Below, one piece after another: positions 14,187 to 24,884 of a DNA stretch of 36,666 nucleotides; within the stretch, counting starts at the first letter, position 1, and every line of letters begins with the position of its first letter. A model generated the notes under the pieces. It was not told the DNA's origin. It saw nothing but the letters and a program-made list of their open reading frames with translations, and ran no database searches. Source of the stretch: a virus; the IMG/VR virus record IMGVR_UViG_3300012348_000044, positions 1 through 36,666 of that record. One strand, written 5' to 3'. The position numbers and the translations under genes were made by a program.

Positions 14187-14419
14187 ACATCACCATCTAC
14201 ACCAAAAGCAACTGCCCCAACTGCATGACAGCCAAGCAACTACTGAAGTCTAAGGGGCTGGAGTGTGACGAATTTGATGTTGAATCTGATCCGTGGGCAC
14301 TGAAAGACCTTTTGGACGACCACCCCGACGCCCGTCAAATGCCACAAATCTTCATCAATGGCCAGCGCGTCGGCGGATTGGCTGGGTTACAGGCAGCACT
14401 GAAACAGTTGGGCTTATAA
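14183..14419 (+). CDS. Glutaredoxin / NrdH-like small redoxin
   Basis: ITIYTKSNCPNCMTAKQLL (CPxC active site in a beta-alpha-beta context), then QMPQIFINGQRVGG (the cis-Pro/GG region typical of glutaredoxins). Confidence 0.8.
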   Translation: MNITIYTKSNCPNCMTAKQLLKSKGLECDEFDVESDPWALKDLLDDHPDARQMPQIFINGQRVGGLAGLQAALKQLGL

Positions 14420-14442
14420 ATGCCAGACTGTAAAATCACATC

Positions 14443-14688
14443 ATGAGCAAATCCAGGATGCCAGAAATCAGAGCGCTTTTAAGGCGTGAAGATGATGGCA
14501 TGACAATCCGAAGCATCGCCGAATACCTTGGCGCAAGACCGGATAGCGTCAGAAACTCAATTGAGCAAATGCCGGACGCTTACATTGACAGGTGGGAGAT
14601 CAGCAAAGCCACAAGAGGGCAGTTTGAATCAGTCTGGTGCGTCATCGTGCCGCCTGAGCATTGCCCAAAACCAGACAGAAGCGCATAA
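14443..14688 (+). CDS. Hypothetical HTH/winged-helix protein
   Basis: MTIRSIAEYLGARPDSVRNSIEQM is HTH-like. It is the last gene before the packaging module. Confidence 0.45.
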   Translation: MSKSRMPEIRALLRREDDGMTIRSIAEYLGARPDSVRNSIEQMPDAYIDRWEISKATRGQFESVWCVIVPPEHCPKPDRSA

Positions 14689-14862
14689 AATGAAAAACAG
14701 GCGGGGCTTTCCAACTTTCAGCCGGGGATGACCACCCAGCAAAAAGCCCAAATGACCAACCAAGGCCGCCCGCATGAGAACTCATGGCCTTGCAAGGTAA
14801 AGCACCGGAAAGCCGCAAGTCGAAGGTGTCAATTTGGGAACGGTCTTTTTTAGGAAGCAATC

Positions 14863-15249
14863 ATGAGTCTTACAGCTAGACGAGAGAAATTTGCGCAGTG
14901 CATTGCAGATGGGATGACCCAGGCTAACGCATACCGGGCATCATTCAGCGCAGACAAAATGAAAGTTGAGACAATCTATTCCCGCGCATCAGAGCTTATG
15001 GCCGATGGTGAGATCAAGGGAAGGGTTGAAGAGCTGCGCGAAAAACTCACGCAAAAGGCCCTGTGGACGCGAGAAAAGAGCGTAGAGGCGCTATTGGAGG
15101 CGTACCAAGAGGGCAATGGCTCCGTCAAGGTTGCGGCTGTCAAAGAGCTGAATGCCATGCACGGATTCAACGCGCCGCAAAAGATTGACCTGATGAACAG
15201 TGATGGGACGCTCAAGCCCCAGGTTATCCAGATCGTCGCCAAGAAGTGA
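14863..15249 (+). CDS. Terminase small subunit
   Basis: N-terminal REKFAQCIADGMTQANAYRASF (Terminase_2-like HTH). GTGA overlap with the large terminase. Confidence 0.7.
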   Translation: MSLTARREKFAQCIADGMTQANAYRASFSADKMKVETIYSRASELMADGEIKGRVEELREKLTQKALWTREKSVEALLEAYQEGNGSVKVAAVKELNAMHGFNAPQKIDLMNSDGTLKPQVIQIVAKK

Positions 15250-16469
15250 AAGCCGCTACCGTTGAGCTGCCACCAAAGCTAATCCCGCTGTTTGAGCCTC
15301 AACGGGGGGAATTGCAGTACCGATGCGCCCACGGTGGGCGAGGGTCTGCTAAGTCGTTTTCGTTTGCCTTGATGGCGGCAATCTGGGGTTATGCCGAGCC
15401 AATCAGGGTTCTTTGCGCCCGTGACTTGCAAGCCAGCATCAAAGAGTCATTCCACGCCGAACTGAAAGCGGCCATTGCCACCTACCCGTGGCTTGAGGCG
15501 CATTACGATGTGGGCATTGATTACCTCAAGGGCAGCAACGGCACTGAGTTCATTTTCCGGGGATTGAGGCACAACACCGGATCGATTAAGTCGCTGGCGA
15601 AGATTGACCTGACGATCGTCGAAGAAGCCGAAGACGTGCCGGAGGCATCCTGGCTGGCGCTGGAGGCCACAGTTTTCCGTCAACTCAAATCCGAGATGTG
15701 GGTTATCTGGAATCCGCGCTTGGATGGCAGTCCGGTTGACTCGAGGTTCAGGAAGTCAAAGCCAGAAGGCGCGATGGTGGTTGAGATGAATCACGGGGAT
15801 AACCCTTGGTTTCCACCAGGTCTTGAAAAACTGCGCAAACACCAACAGACAACGCTTGACCCGGCGACATACGCGCACATTTGGGAAGGCGCGTACCTGC
15901 AAAACAGCGACTCGCAGGTGCTGGCCCGCAAAGTCCGAGTGGCCGAGTTTGCGCCTGGCGCTGACTGGGATGGACCATATCACGGTGCGGATTGGGGGTT
16001 TGCACAAGACCCGACAACTGCGGTCAAATGCTGGGTGAACGCTGGGAATCTGTACGTTGAGCACGAAGCCTATAAGGTTTCGCTTGAGATCGACGAGACT
16101 GCCGAATATCTCAAAAAATGCGTTCCAGGCATTGAAAACCACGTTATCCGGGCGGATTCAGCGCGACCAGAAACGATCAGCTACCTAAAGCGCAAAGGCC
16201 TGCCGCGCATTGAGGGCGTGAAGAAATGGCCGGGTTCGGTTGAGGACGGCGTATCTCATATGCGCAGCTATGGCGAGATCGTCATTCACCCTCGATGCGT
16301 TGAGACAATCAAGGAATCGCGGCTTTACAGCTACAAGATTGACCGGCTATCGGGTGACATCCTACCCGAGATTGTGGACGCAAATAACCACTGCATCGAC
16401 TCAATCCGCTATGCCCTTGCGCCGCTTATCAAATCGCCCAAGGCTGACATCGTTATGGAATTTTTGTGA
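15246..16469 (+). CDS. Terminase large subunit (PBSX/Terminase_3-like)
   Basis: Walker A HGGRGSAKSFSFA, Walker B-like DLTIVEEAED, and a C-terminal nuclease region with DWGF..DP and ADSARPE. GTG start. Confidence 0.9.
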   Translation: MKAATVELPPKLIPLFEPQRGELQYRCAHGGRGSAKSFSFALMAAIWGYAEPIRVLCARDLQASIKESFHAELKAAIATYPWLEAHYDVGIDYLKGSNGTEFIFRGLRHNTGSIKSLAKIDLTIVEEAEDVPEASWLALEATVFRQLKSEMWVIWNPRLDGSPVDSRFRKSKPEGAMVVEMNHGDNPWFPPGLEKLRKHQQTTLDPATYAHIWEGAYLQNSDSQVLARKVRVAEFAPGADWDGPYHGADWGFAQDPTTAVKCWVNAGNLYVEHEAYKVSLEIDETAEYLKKCVPGIENHVIRADSARPETISYLKRKGLPRIEGVKKWPGSVEDGVSHMRSYGEIVIHPRCVETIKESRLYSYKIDRLSGDILPEIVDANNHCIDSIRYALAPLIKSPKADIVMEFL

Positions 16470-16503
16470 TTCACCCTAAAATGCCGCAAACCGAGGGCCA
16501 TCC

Positions 16504-17364
16504 ATGACCGCACCAACGCTCAAACTATCCCAATTGCCTGAAGCCGCAGCGTTGACCGGCGCTGAACTGGTGCCAGTCGTTCAGGGTGGCGTGACAAAGC
16601 GCACAACAACCGCCAAGCTGATTCCGCTGCCAGCTGATGGCGTTCAATTCAACACGGCCATCACGCCTGTCGTTGGCGTTGGAAAAATGCAATGGGACAC
16701 CACATGGGGCGGCCCTCAAATAGGCATGATCGGTGGCAACGTCAATTTGCAAATTGGCCAAGAAACGCTGATCTATGTTTACAACGGAACCGGTGCAACA
16801 ATCACAGAGCGTCAAATGGTTTACGTTGATGGCTCACAAGGGCAGCGGCTGAAGGTTGCATTGGCAATTGCATCGTCTGATGAAACATCGGCGGCAATCC
16901 TTGGCATGGCGACAGAAAACATTGCGCACGGCCAATCAGGATTCGTGACTACCCAGGGCATGGTCAACAACATCAGCACGGTTGGTTTTTCTGATGGCGA
17001 TGTGATTTGGTTGTCTCCAACAACGCCAGGAGGCATCACAAACGTCAAACCAGTCGCACCCAATCACTTGGTCATGTGTGGCTATGTGGTCAAAGGCGGC
17101 AGCGGTGGAGGGTCAATCTACATCCACACGCAGAACGGCTACGAGATTGATGAACTGCATGATGTCAAGATCACATCAGTAGCCGCAAAGCAGTTGCTGA
17201 CGCGCAACGCAGCAAACACCTACTGGGAGAATTCCAGTGTTTTGCCATTGCCAAACACCACTGCGCCAGCAACACCAACGGATGGCGGCGTCCTTTACGT
17301 TGAGGATGGCGCTTTGAAATACAAAGGCTCAAGCGGTACGATCACAGTGATTGCACCGGCATAA
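16504..17364 (+). CDS. Fibre / spike-like virion protein
   Basis: N-terminal [28 protein letters not shown] and C-terminal [24 protein letters not shown] are motifs I associate with phage fibre proteins. Function inferred only. Confidence 0.5.
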   Translation: MTAPTLKLSQLPEAAALTGAELVPVVQGGVTKRTTTAKLIPLPADGVQFNTAITPVVGVGKMQWDTTWGGPQIGMIGGNVNLQIGQETLIYVYNGTGATITERQMVYVDGSQGQRLKVALAIASSDETSAAILGMATENIAHGQSGFVTTQGMVNNISTVGFSDGDVIWLSPTTPGGITNVKPVAPNHLVMCGYVVKGGSGGGSIYIHTQNGYEIDELHDVKITSVAAKQLLTRNAANTYWENSSVLPLPNTTAPATPTDGGVLYVEDGALKYKGSSGTITVIAPA

Positions 17365-17373
17365 GGGGAAGAA

Positions 17374-17717
17374 ATGACAGCAGAATACGATTTGACGATT
17401 CGCCAAGGGTCAACCTTCCTGCAAAACCTTGTTTGGAAAGACTCCGAAGGCGTGCCGGTTGACCTGACTGGCTACGTGGCCAGGATGCAGATTCGCCCGG
17501 CCATTTGCAGTGAGACAGTCATCATTGAATTGACCACTGCCAATGGCCGCATCACATTGGGCGGCAACACTGGCGCGATCACGCTTGAGATTGATGCGAC
17601 AGACACGGCAGCGATCACGCAAGGCGCGGGATTCTATGACCTTGAGCTTGAGTCGTCGTCGGGATTCGTCACGGCCATCATGGCGGGCGCGGTGACAATT
17701 GAGCGCGAGGTGACTCG

Positions 17718-17721
<4 letters not shown>
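17374..17721 (+). CDS. Hypothetical beta-sandwich-like structural protein
   Basis: [11 protein letters not shown]...W.D..G.PVDLTGY.ARMQIR pattern, which is often found next to fibre genes. AAGGGGAAG RBS. Confidence 0.4.
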
Positions 17722-18682
<961 letters not shown>

Positions 18683-18686
<4 letters not shown>

Positions 18687-18853
18687 AAATCGACTTTGAA
18701 TTTCAGACTGAACACGGCCTGTTCCGAGATGCCTTGCACCTGCCTGACGATCACGGACTGACAGAGGAGCAGATTGAGGCGATGAAGACTGAGCGCCGCG
18801 ACAACTGGATTGCCGTGGTGACTGCTCCTGTTGAGGAGCCAGATAATGGCTAA
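18683..18853 (+). CDS. Hypothetical small acidic protein (56 aa) between the two fibre genes
   Basis: [60 protein letters not shown] overlap upstream and an 8-nt overlap downstream. Not in the ORF track. The position suggests a fibre chaperone, but this is unproven. Confidence 0.4.
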
Positions 18854-20804
18854 CCGATATTGGGTAGGAGGCACAGGTACATGGAGTAACACAAACACCA
18901 CAAACTGGTCTGCGACATCTGGAGGTGCCGGAGGCGCTTCGGTCCCTACGGCTACCGATACCCCTTTTTTTGACACCAACTCTGGAAGCGGAACGGTTAC
19001 ACGCACCAGCTCATTTACGGTCGGTGAAATCGAGATCAATAACTCCGGGATTACTTTAAGTCTCGGTGCGGCACTCACGTTAAACGCTGCTGCTGACTCG
19101 ATCAGTGTTACCAACGGCACCTTCACCACCAACAACTACACCGTCACTGCTGGCAACATTGTTACAGGTGCAGGAGGCACGTCTAGGACCATCAACTTAG
19201 GGAGCAGTACTGTAACCCTTTCTAACACAGCAGCCGCTATTGGTTTCACCGATTCAAACGGGCTTACATTCAACGCAGGCACATCACAGATCAACTGCAC
19301 CGCAACTAGCAGTGCGTTTAACGGCGGAGGGAATACGTTCTACAACGTGGCCTTGACCAACGTGTCTAAGACTGCATGGACAGTAGCAGGGACTAACACC
19401 TTTAATAACTTCGCTGTTACAGGGCGAACAGCTGCTGGTATCTCGCTCATTAACTTTAGTGCTAACCAAGTTATCAACGGCACTCTGACGCTCTCCACAG
19501 GAACCAACGCCACAATGCGGACGTTTGTGCGCTCAGATGTCATCGGCACCACCCGCACACTGACCTGCGCTGCTGTTGCATCGCCGACTGACATTGACTT
19601 CCGTGACATTGAGATTGCTGGTGCTGCTGCTCCTGTCAGCGGTACCCGCTTGGGTGACTGCAAAGGCAACAGCGGGATTACGTTCCCTGCGGCTAAGACG
19701 GTTTATTGGCGGGCAACCGGCTCCGCAAACTGGGGCGCAACCACAAGCAGTTGGTCGTTGACTTCTGGCGGAACCGCTGACCACGCGGCATTTCCGCTGG
19801 CGCAAGATACTGCTGTTTTTCCAGCGGCCACATACCCGGCTTCTGGCTCAACCGTTACGGTCAACGCCACCTACAACATTGGCACTATTGACATGAGTGC
19901 CCGCACCAGCAACACAATGACGCTGGCAACAGGCGCTCCTCCAGTAATCTACGGAAACTGGGTTAATGGAACTGGTACGGCGCTAAGTGGATTGCAGAAC
20001 TTGAGGTTCTCAGGTCGTGGAAGTCAGACAATTACGAGTGCCGGTAAGACGTTTACTCATCCGATCATTGTCGATACGCCAAGCGGTTCAGTTACGTTGC
20101 AGGATGCGTTCACTAGCTCCAACAGCACATCGTCAGCGTTAAACCCTCAAGCGGGGACGTTTAGCGATGGCGGCTACGCAGTCACATTGTCTGGGGCGTC
20201 CAGTGGTGTCAACACATCAAACACAGGCGTAAGAACAATCAACGTAGGGGCAACCTGGACTCTGGGCGGTACTGCGGGATGGAACGCAGGAGTATCCACC
20301 AACCTCACCGTCACCGGCATAGGCACAATCAGCCTCACATCTCCCATTGCCAAGACCTTTGCAGGCGGCGGTATCCAGACCTACCCCACACTGAACCAAG
20401 GGGGCACTGGCACGCTGACGATCACTGGCTCCAACAAGTTCGCCAACATCACCAACACAGCCGTCGGCAGGGTTCAATTCACTGGCGGTACGACCAACGA
20501 GTTCACGGCGTTTAACTTAAACGGTGTATTGGGTAACTTGTTGCAAGTCGGCTCAACCGACACCACTCAGGCGATTCTGAAAAAGCCAACCGCATGGAAT
20601 GTCGGTCTGCTTTCGACTGATGCGGGTAACAACACTGGGTTGAGCTTCACAGGAACAGACCCGAACTATCTAAGCATCAGCTACATCAACGGTCAGTTGT
20701 CTCTGACATCGAGCGTCTATTATGGCGCTACAAACATCACGGCCATATACTACGGGTCAACGCCAGTCAGTGCCATTTACTATGGCGCAGATCAGGTATT
20801 TTGA
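18846..20804 (+). CDS. Thr/Gly/Asn/Ser-rich beta-helix-type fibre or adhesin-like protein
   Basis: N-terminus [43 protein letters not shown]. Long low-complexity T/G/S/N/A sequence with recurring short G-T/N-rich beta-strand-like segments. ATG 18846 has a GAGGAG RBS. Confidence 0.55.
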   Translation: MANRYWVGGTGTWSNTNTTNWSATSGGAGGASVPTATDTPFFDTNSGSGTVTRTSSFTVGEIEINNSGITLSLGAALTLNAAADSISVTNGTFTTNNYTVTAGNIVTGAGGTSRTINLGSSTVTLSNTAAAIGFTDSNGLTFNAGTSQINCTATSSAFNGGGNTFYNVALTNVSKTAWTVAGTNTFNNFAVTGRTAAGISLINFSANQVINGTLTLSTGTNATMRTFVRSDVIGTTRTLTCAAVASPTDIDFRDIEIAGAAAPVSGTRLGDCKGNSGITFPAAKTVYWRATGSANWGATTSSWSLTSGGTADHAAFPLAQDTAVFPAATYPASGSTVTVNATYNIGTIDMSARTSNTMTLATGAPPVIYGNWVNGTGTALSGLQNLRFSGRGSQTITSAGKTFTHPIIVDTPSGSVTLQDAFTSSNSTSSALNPQAGTFSDGGYAVTLSGASSGVNTSNTGVRTINVGATWTLGGTAGWNAGVSTNLTVTGIGTISLTSPIAKTFAGGGIQTYPTLNQGGTGTLTITGSNKFANITNTAVGRVQFTGGTTNEFTAFNLNGVLGNLLQVGSTDTTQAILKKPTAWNVGLLSTDAGNNTGLSFTGTDPNYLSISYINGQLSLTSSVYYGATNITAIYYGSTPVSAIYYGADQVF

Positions 20805-20813
20805 GGAAAAAGC

Positions 20814-22103
20814 ATGGATTTCAATTTTTTCAAACGGAAACAACCCGCGCCGACTGTTGAGTTGAAATCCGTCAGCCTGCCCGAATTGCTCATGACCATG
20901 AGCCGCACAGCGCCGCAATTCCAGAAGTGGGATACCGAGGTGGCGATTGAGCAGGGCTTGAAGGCCTCGGCCATTTTCTACGCTTGCGTCAACCGCCGCG
21001 CTCAATCGGTCGGTCAAATCCCTTGGGTGGCAAAGCGCAAGCAGCGGGACGGCACGATGGTTGATGCGCCTGAGTCGCCATTGCAGAAGCTGATCGACAA
21101 TCCAAACCCAGACTTTGCTTGGTCTGAAATGACTGAGTTGATGTCGCAGCACATTGACCTGGCTGGCAATGCCTACTGGTCAATCATCAAGGCGGGCAAC
21201 CAAAACGCGCCCGTTGAGCTTTGGCCTGTGCTGCCTCAAGGCATCAAAATCAAAGCCGGGGCGACTCGCCTGATCGACTATTACATCTATCAATACGGCG
21301 GTGTCTCGCGCAACATCCAATCGGATGACATGGTGCACGTTAAGACAGTCAACCCCAACGACTTTTTGTACGGGATGCCGACAATCCAAGCCGCTGGCCG
21401 TGCAGTTGACGTTGACCGCGAAGCCAGCCAATGGCAGCTCAACTCAATGCACAATCGTGGCATCAGCGATTACGCCATCGTCATTGACCCCGAGACAACG
21501 GCAGAGCAAATGTCTCGCCTGCGTGAGTTGCACAAAGAAAAGCAGGCCAGCGCAAACAACGCCCGCGCACCGTTTTTCACCACCCGCGACATCAAGACGC
21601 TGAACCAGTCCGCAGTTGAGTTGGACTTTGTGAACAGCCGCATGAAGGTCTGGGATGAGATTTGTTCGGCTATGGGCGTGCCGCCGGTCATGGTTGGCAT
21701 CATGGAAAACGCTACCTTGGCGAACATTGAGACAGCCCGCAAAATCTTCTGGTCTGACACCATCACGCCACTTTTGCGCATGATTCGTTCGCAGCTTAAC
21801 GCGCAGCTTGCTTCGCAGTTTGGCCCTGAGTGGTACATTGACTTTGACTTGTCAGGCGTTGATGCTTTGCGTGAAGACATGGGCAAGAAGTTGGACGAGG
21901 CCAAGAAACTGTTTGATATGGGCGTGCCGTTTAATGTCATCAGTGAGCTTTTGAATCTTGGAGTTGAGCCAATTGAAGGCGGCGACATTGGCTACCTGCA
22001 AGGCGGCTTACTGCCTGCTGGGTTTGCTGGTGCGCAGGACAATTTGCAGCTTTCCGGCCTGTCGCCTGAAATGCTTAAAGCCATGGCCTACGGCAAAGAA
22101 TGA
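20814..22103 (+). CDS. Portal protein (HK97-family)
   Basis: 429 aa. NPNPDFAWSEMTELMSQHIDLAGNAYWSI and downstream regions are typical of Phage_portal. Followed by MuF, protease and capsid genes. Confidence 0.9.
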   Translation: MDFNFFKRKQPAPTVELKSVSLPELLMTMSRTAPQFQKWDTEVAIEQGLKASAIFYACVNRRAQSVGQIPWVAKRKQRDGTMVDAPESPLQKLIDNPNPDFAWSEMTELMSQHIDLAGNAYWSIIKAGNQNAPVELWPVLPQGIKIKAGATRLIDYYIYQYGGVSRNIQSDDMVHVKTVNPNDFLYGMPTIQAAGRAVDVDREASQWQLNSMHNRGISDYAIVIDPETTAEQMSRLRELHKEKQASANNARAPFFTTRDIKTLNQSAVELDFVNSRMKVWDEICSAMGVPPVMVGIMENATLANIETARKIFWSDTITPLLRMIRSQLNAQLASQFGPEWYIDFDLSGVDALREDMGKKLDEAKKLFDMGVPFNVISELLNLGVEPIEGGDIGYLQGGLLPAGFAGAQDNLQLSGLSPEMLKAMAYGKE

Positions 22104-22885
22104 GCGCAATCAACCCATCAAACAAACAGCGCCAGCGTGCGATGGATGATGCCATCCAGGCACGCATGAGCGCCAAGTTTGAGAACCGCTTGCGCATTGA
22201 GCTTGCCAAGACCGTCAGGCAAGTGGCCGATGCCTACGAAAAGCGCGGAGAGATTGCCATCTCGCAGGCCATTGATGACCGCCGCGCTCAAATGGCGCAA
22301 GCGTTTGCGGCCAACTATCAGTCTGTCGCATCGTTTTTTGGCAAACGAATCTTGAAAGAGGCAAAGTCGCATCACGGCGCTGATGTGACCAAGGCTGGCA
22401 TCATGGACATTTTTAACAATGCCTTGCAGCTTTTCATCACGCAATGGGTGGCGCGTCGAGTCACGCAGATTGACCGGACAACTGAAAACCAAATCCGCAC
22501 GCTGATTCGCAACGCGATTGATGACGGATTGTCAGTTCCCGAGATTGGAAAGCAGATCAGGGACTATGCCGTGCCAATGTCGGCCACACGCGCAAACATC
22601 ATTGCCCGCACGGAAACGCACACAGCCGCAAACTTTGGGGCGCAGCAAGGCGCACAGTTGACCGGCCTGAAAATGCGCAAAGAGTGGGTGTCCGCCCAGG
22701 ATGAGCGCACCAGGACAACGCCGCCCGATGAGTTTGACCACGCCGATGTGGACGGGCAAGTAGTGGACATGAATGATTCATTCACCGTCAGTGGTGAGCA
22801 GTTGATGTTTCCTGGCGACCCGTCGGCAAGTGCTGGGAATCTCATTAACTGCCGCTGTGCCGTTGTTTATTTGACAGACGATTGA
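22100..22885 (+). CDS. Head morphogenesis protein (SPP1 gp7 / Mu F-like)
   Basis: ARTETHTAANFG...W....DERTR..H...DGQVV..D..F.....PGD......NCRC is the Mu F signature. Confidence 0.85.
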   Translation: MSAINPSNKQRQRAMDDAIQARMSAKFENRLRIELAKTVRQVADAYEKRGEIAISQAIDDRRAQMAQAFAANYQSVASFFGKRILKEAKSHHGADVTKAGIMDIFNNALQLFITQWVARRVTQIDRTTENQIRTLIRNAIDDGLSVPEIGKQIRDYAVPMSATRANIIARTETHTAANFGAQQGAQLTGLKMRKEWVSAQDERTRTTPPDEFDHADVDGQVVDMNDSFTVSGEQLMFPGDPSASAGNLINCRCAVVYLTDD

Positions 22886-22920
22886 CCAATGCGATAATTC
22901 TGCAACCCAAGGGGATGGAT

Positions 22921-23586
22921 ATGGAATTCAAAAGCCTCAAATTTGATGATTCTTCGCTGAACGCCGACGAGCGAACCTTTGAAGGTTATGCCGCCGCATA
23001 CGGCAACACAGACAGCGACAACGACATCATTGAGCAGAACGCATTTGCAAAATCGATCAAAGAGGGTTTTCCTTCCGGTCGCATCAAGGTTCTTTGGCAG
23101 CATCGCAGCGACTCGCCAATCGGTATGCCGATTGATATGCGCGAGGATGCAAAGGGCCTGTGGGTCAAGGGCAAGATCAGCAAGACCCGCCAAGGCGACG
23201 AGGCGCTGGAATTGATGCGCGATGGTGTAATTGACCGCATGAGCGTTGGCTTCTCAATTCCTGGCGGCAAGTCAAGTTTTGACCAGTCCGGCATCCGTCA
23301 CATCTACGAAGGCAAGCTGTTTGAATTTTCGCTGGTCACTTGGCCTGCGAACGATCAAGCAATCATCACTGGCGTGAAGACGCTCAAAGAATTGCGGCAA
23401 TTTGCAGAGGGTCACGACCTGAACGCAAAGGCCAAAAAAGAATTGCTGGACGAACTGTTCAGCATTACGGCACTGTTGAAGGGTGAGCCGCTGCAAGGCA
23501 CTCATTCCAAGGGACAGCCGCCATTGTCTGTTGATCAGGTTAAGAGCTTGATTGACTCTGCACTGGGCGATCTGGCCCGAATCTAA
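22921..23586 (+). CDS. Prohead protease (HK97 / S78 family)
   Basis: FEGYAAAYGNTDSDNDII, KVLWQH, MSVGF, LFEFSLVTWPAN. AAGGGG lies 6 nt upstream of ATG 22921; ATG 22915 is an alternative. Confidence 0.85.
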   Translation: MEFKSLKFDDSSLNADERTFEGYAAAYGNTDSDNDIIEQNAFAKSIKEGFPSGRIKVLWQHRSDSPIGMPIDMREDAKGLWVKGKISKTRQGDEALELMRDGVIDRMSVGFSIPGGKSSFDQSGIRHIYEGKLFEFSLVTWPANDQAIITGVKTLKELRQFAEGHDLNAKAKKELLDELFSITALLKGEPLQGTHSKGQPPLSVDQVKSLIDSALGDLARI

Positions 23587-23598
23587 ACTGGAGAAATC

Positions 23599-24831
23599 AT
23601 GGAACTGCAAGAACTGAAAGGTCACTTGGACACCGTTAAGTCCGAGATCACTTCTGCTGTCGCCAAGCGCGATGCCGAAATCAAGCAATACGGCGAAGCC
23701 ACCGAGGCCACTCGCAAGGCTTTGACCGCTGCCACCGAGCGCCTTGACACCATCAAAGGTGACATGGATCGCATCGACGCACGCGTCATCGAAATGGAAA
23801 AATCCGCACAACGCCAATTCGGCGGCGCTGCTGAAGCCAAGTCCCTGGGTGCTCAATTCGTCGAGTCGCAAGAGTACAAGAACGCCAATTCGCGTGGCAC
23901 AAACGCTGTGCGCGTGAACAAGGCATTGTCCAACTTGGCCGCTTCTGCTGGTGCTTTGGTGCAACCTCAGCGCCGCGCCGATGTGGTGATTCCTGCCCAG
24001 CGTACCGCCTTCATCCGCGATTTGCTGACCAGCATCCCAACATCGAGCAACGCAGTTGAAGTGATGCGTGAAAACGTGTTCACCAACAGCGCAGCGCCTC
24101 AGCAACCTGGCTCCGCATCCACCGCCATCGGTGCTGGTGAATTCCAAGCCAAAGCCGAATCCAACCTGACATACGAATTGGTCACTGTGCCCGTGCGTAC
24201 GATGGCTCACTGGATTGCCGCAAGCCGTCAAGTGCTGACCGATGCGCCAATGCTGCAACGCTTGGTGGACACAAAGCTGATGTACGGCTTGAACCTGTTG
24301 AGCGACACCCAGCTGCTGTACGGCGCTGGCACAAACCAGTCCCTGACCGGCCTGATGGTTGACTCTGGCGTGTCCACTGTTGGTGAAATCGCCACTGGCA
24401 CAAGCGCAGCCGACCTCCCAGGCGCGATGCTGAACCACATCCGTTCGGCCATCACCAAGTGCCAGACCTTTGAGTACTACAACATCAACGGCCTAGTGGT
24501 GAACCCAATCGACTGGGAAACCTTGGAAACAGCCAAGGGCAGCGACGGCCACTACATCTGGGTGACTGTGCCCAACGGTGGTGAGCAGCGTCTGTGGCGC
24601 GTTCCTGTCATCGTGTCTAACGCGATGGCTCAGGGCGACTTCTTGCTGGGCGATTGGACAATGGGCGCGACCATCTATGACCGCGAACAGATGGATATCC
24701 GCGTCAGCGAGTCGCACAGCGACTACTTCGTCAAGAACGGCGTTGCCATCTTGGCTGAGGAGCGCTACGGCTTTGGCATCGAACTGCCAAAAGCCTTCAC
24801 AAAAGGCTCGTTTGACGTGGCCGTTGCCTAA
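23599..24831 (+). CDS. Major capsid protein (HK97 fold) with N-terminal coiled-coil delta domain
   Basis: 410 aa, directly after the protease. The N-terminal ~100 aa are coiled-coil (scaffold-like). The body resembles the Phage_capsid family. Confidence 0.9.
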   Translation: MELQELKGHLDTVKSEITSAVAKRDAEIKQYGEATEATRKALTAATERLDTIKGDMDRIDARVIEMEKSAQRQFGGAAEAKSLGAQFVESQEYKNANSRGTNAVRVNKALSNLAASAGALVQPQRRADVVIPAQRTAFIRDLLTSIPTSSNAVEVMRENVFTNSAAPQQPGSASTAIGAGEFQAKAESNLTYELVTVPVRTMAHWIAASRQVLTDAPMLQRLVDTKLMYGLNLLSDTQLLYGAGTNQSLTGLMVDSGVSTVGEIATGTSAADLPGAMLNHIRSAITKCQTFEYYNINGLVVNPIDWETLETAKGSDGHYIWVTVPNGGEQRLWRVPVIVSNAMAQGDFLLGDWTMGATIYDREQMDIRVSESHSDYFVKNGVAILAEERYGFGIELPKAFTKGSFDVAVA

Positions 24832-24841
24832 TTAGGCAAAA

Positions 24842-24873
24842 GGGGTGGGCCATGTGGCTCACCCCATTTTTTG
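24842..24873 (+). terminator. Rho-independent terminator (attenuator) after the major capsid gene
   Basis: GGGGTGGGCCA-TG-TGGCTCACCCC stem (one G-U pair), followed by ATTTTTTG. Confidence 0.75.
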
Positions 24874-24884
24874 AAAGTTTCAGC

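Noticed and set aside
23272-24438. A 388-aa ORF antisense to the major capsid gene.
   Set aside because: It lies entirely within a very well supported capsid CDS. Its translation is rich in Gln/Ala/Gly/Cys/His with no motifs. This is the typical stop-free antisense frame of a codon-biased gene.
24852-24884. The ORF-track start (ATG 24852) for the gene after the capsid.
   Set aside because: That ATG lies inside the terminator hairpin loop region. The first start outside the structure (24885) is preferred.
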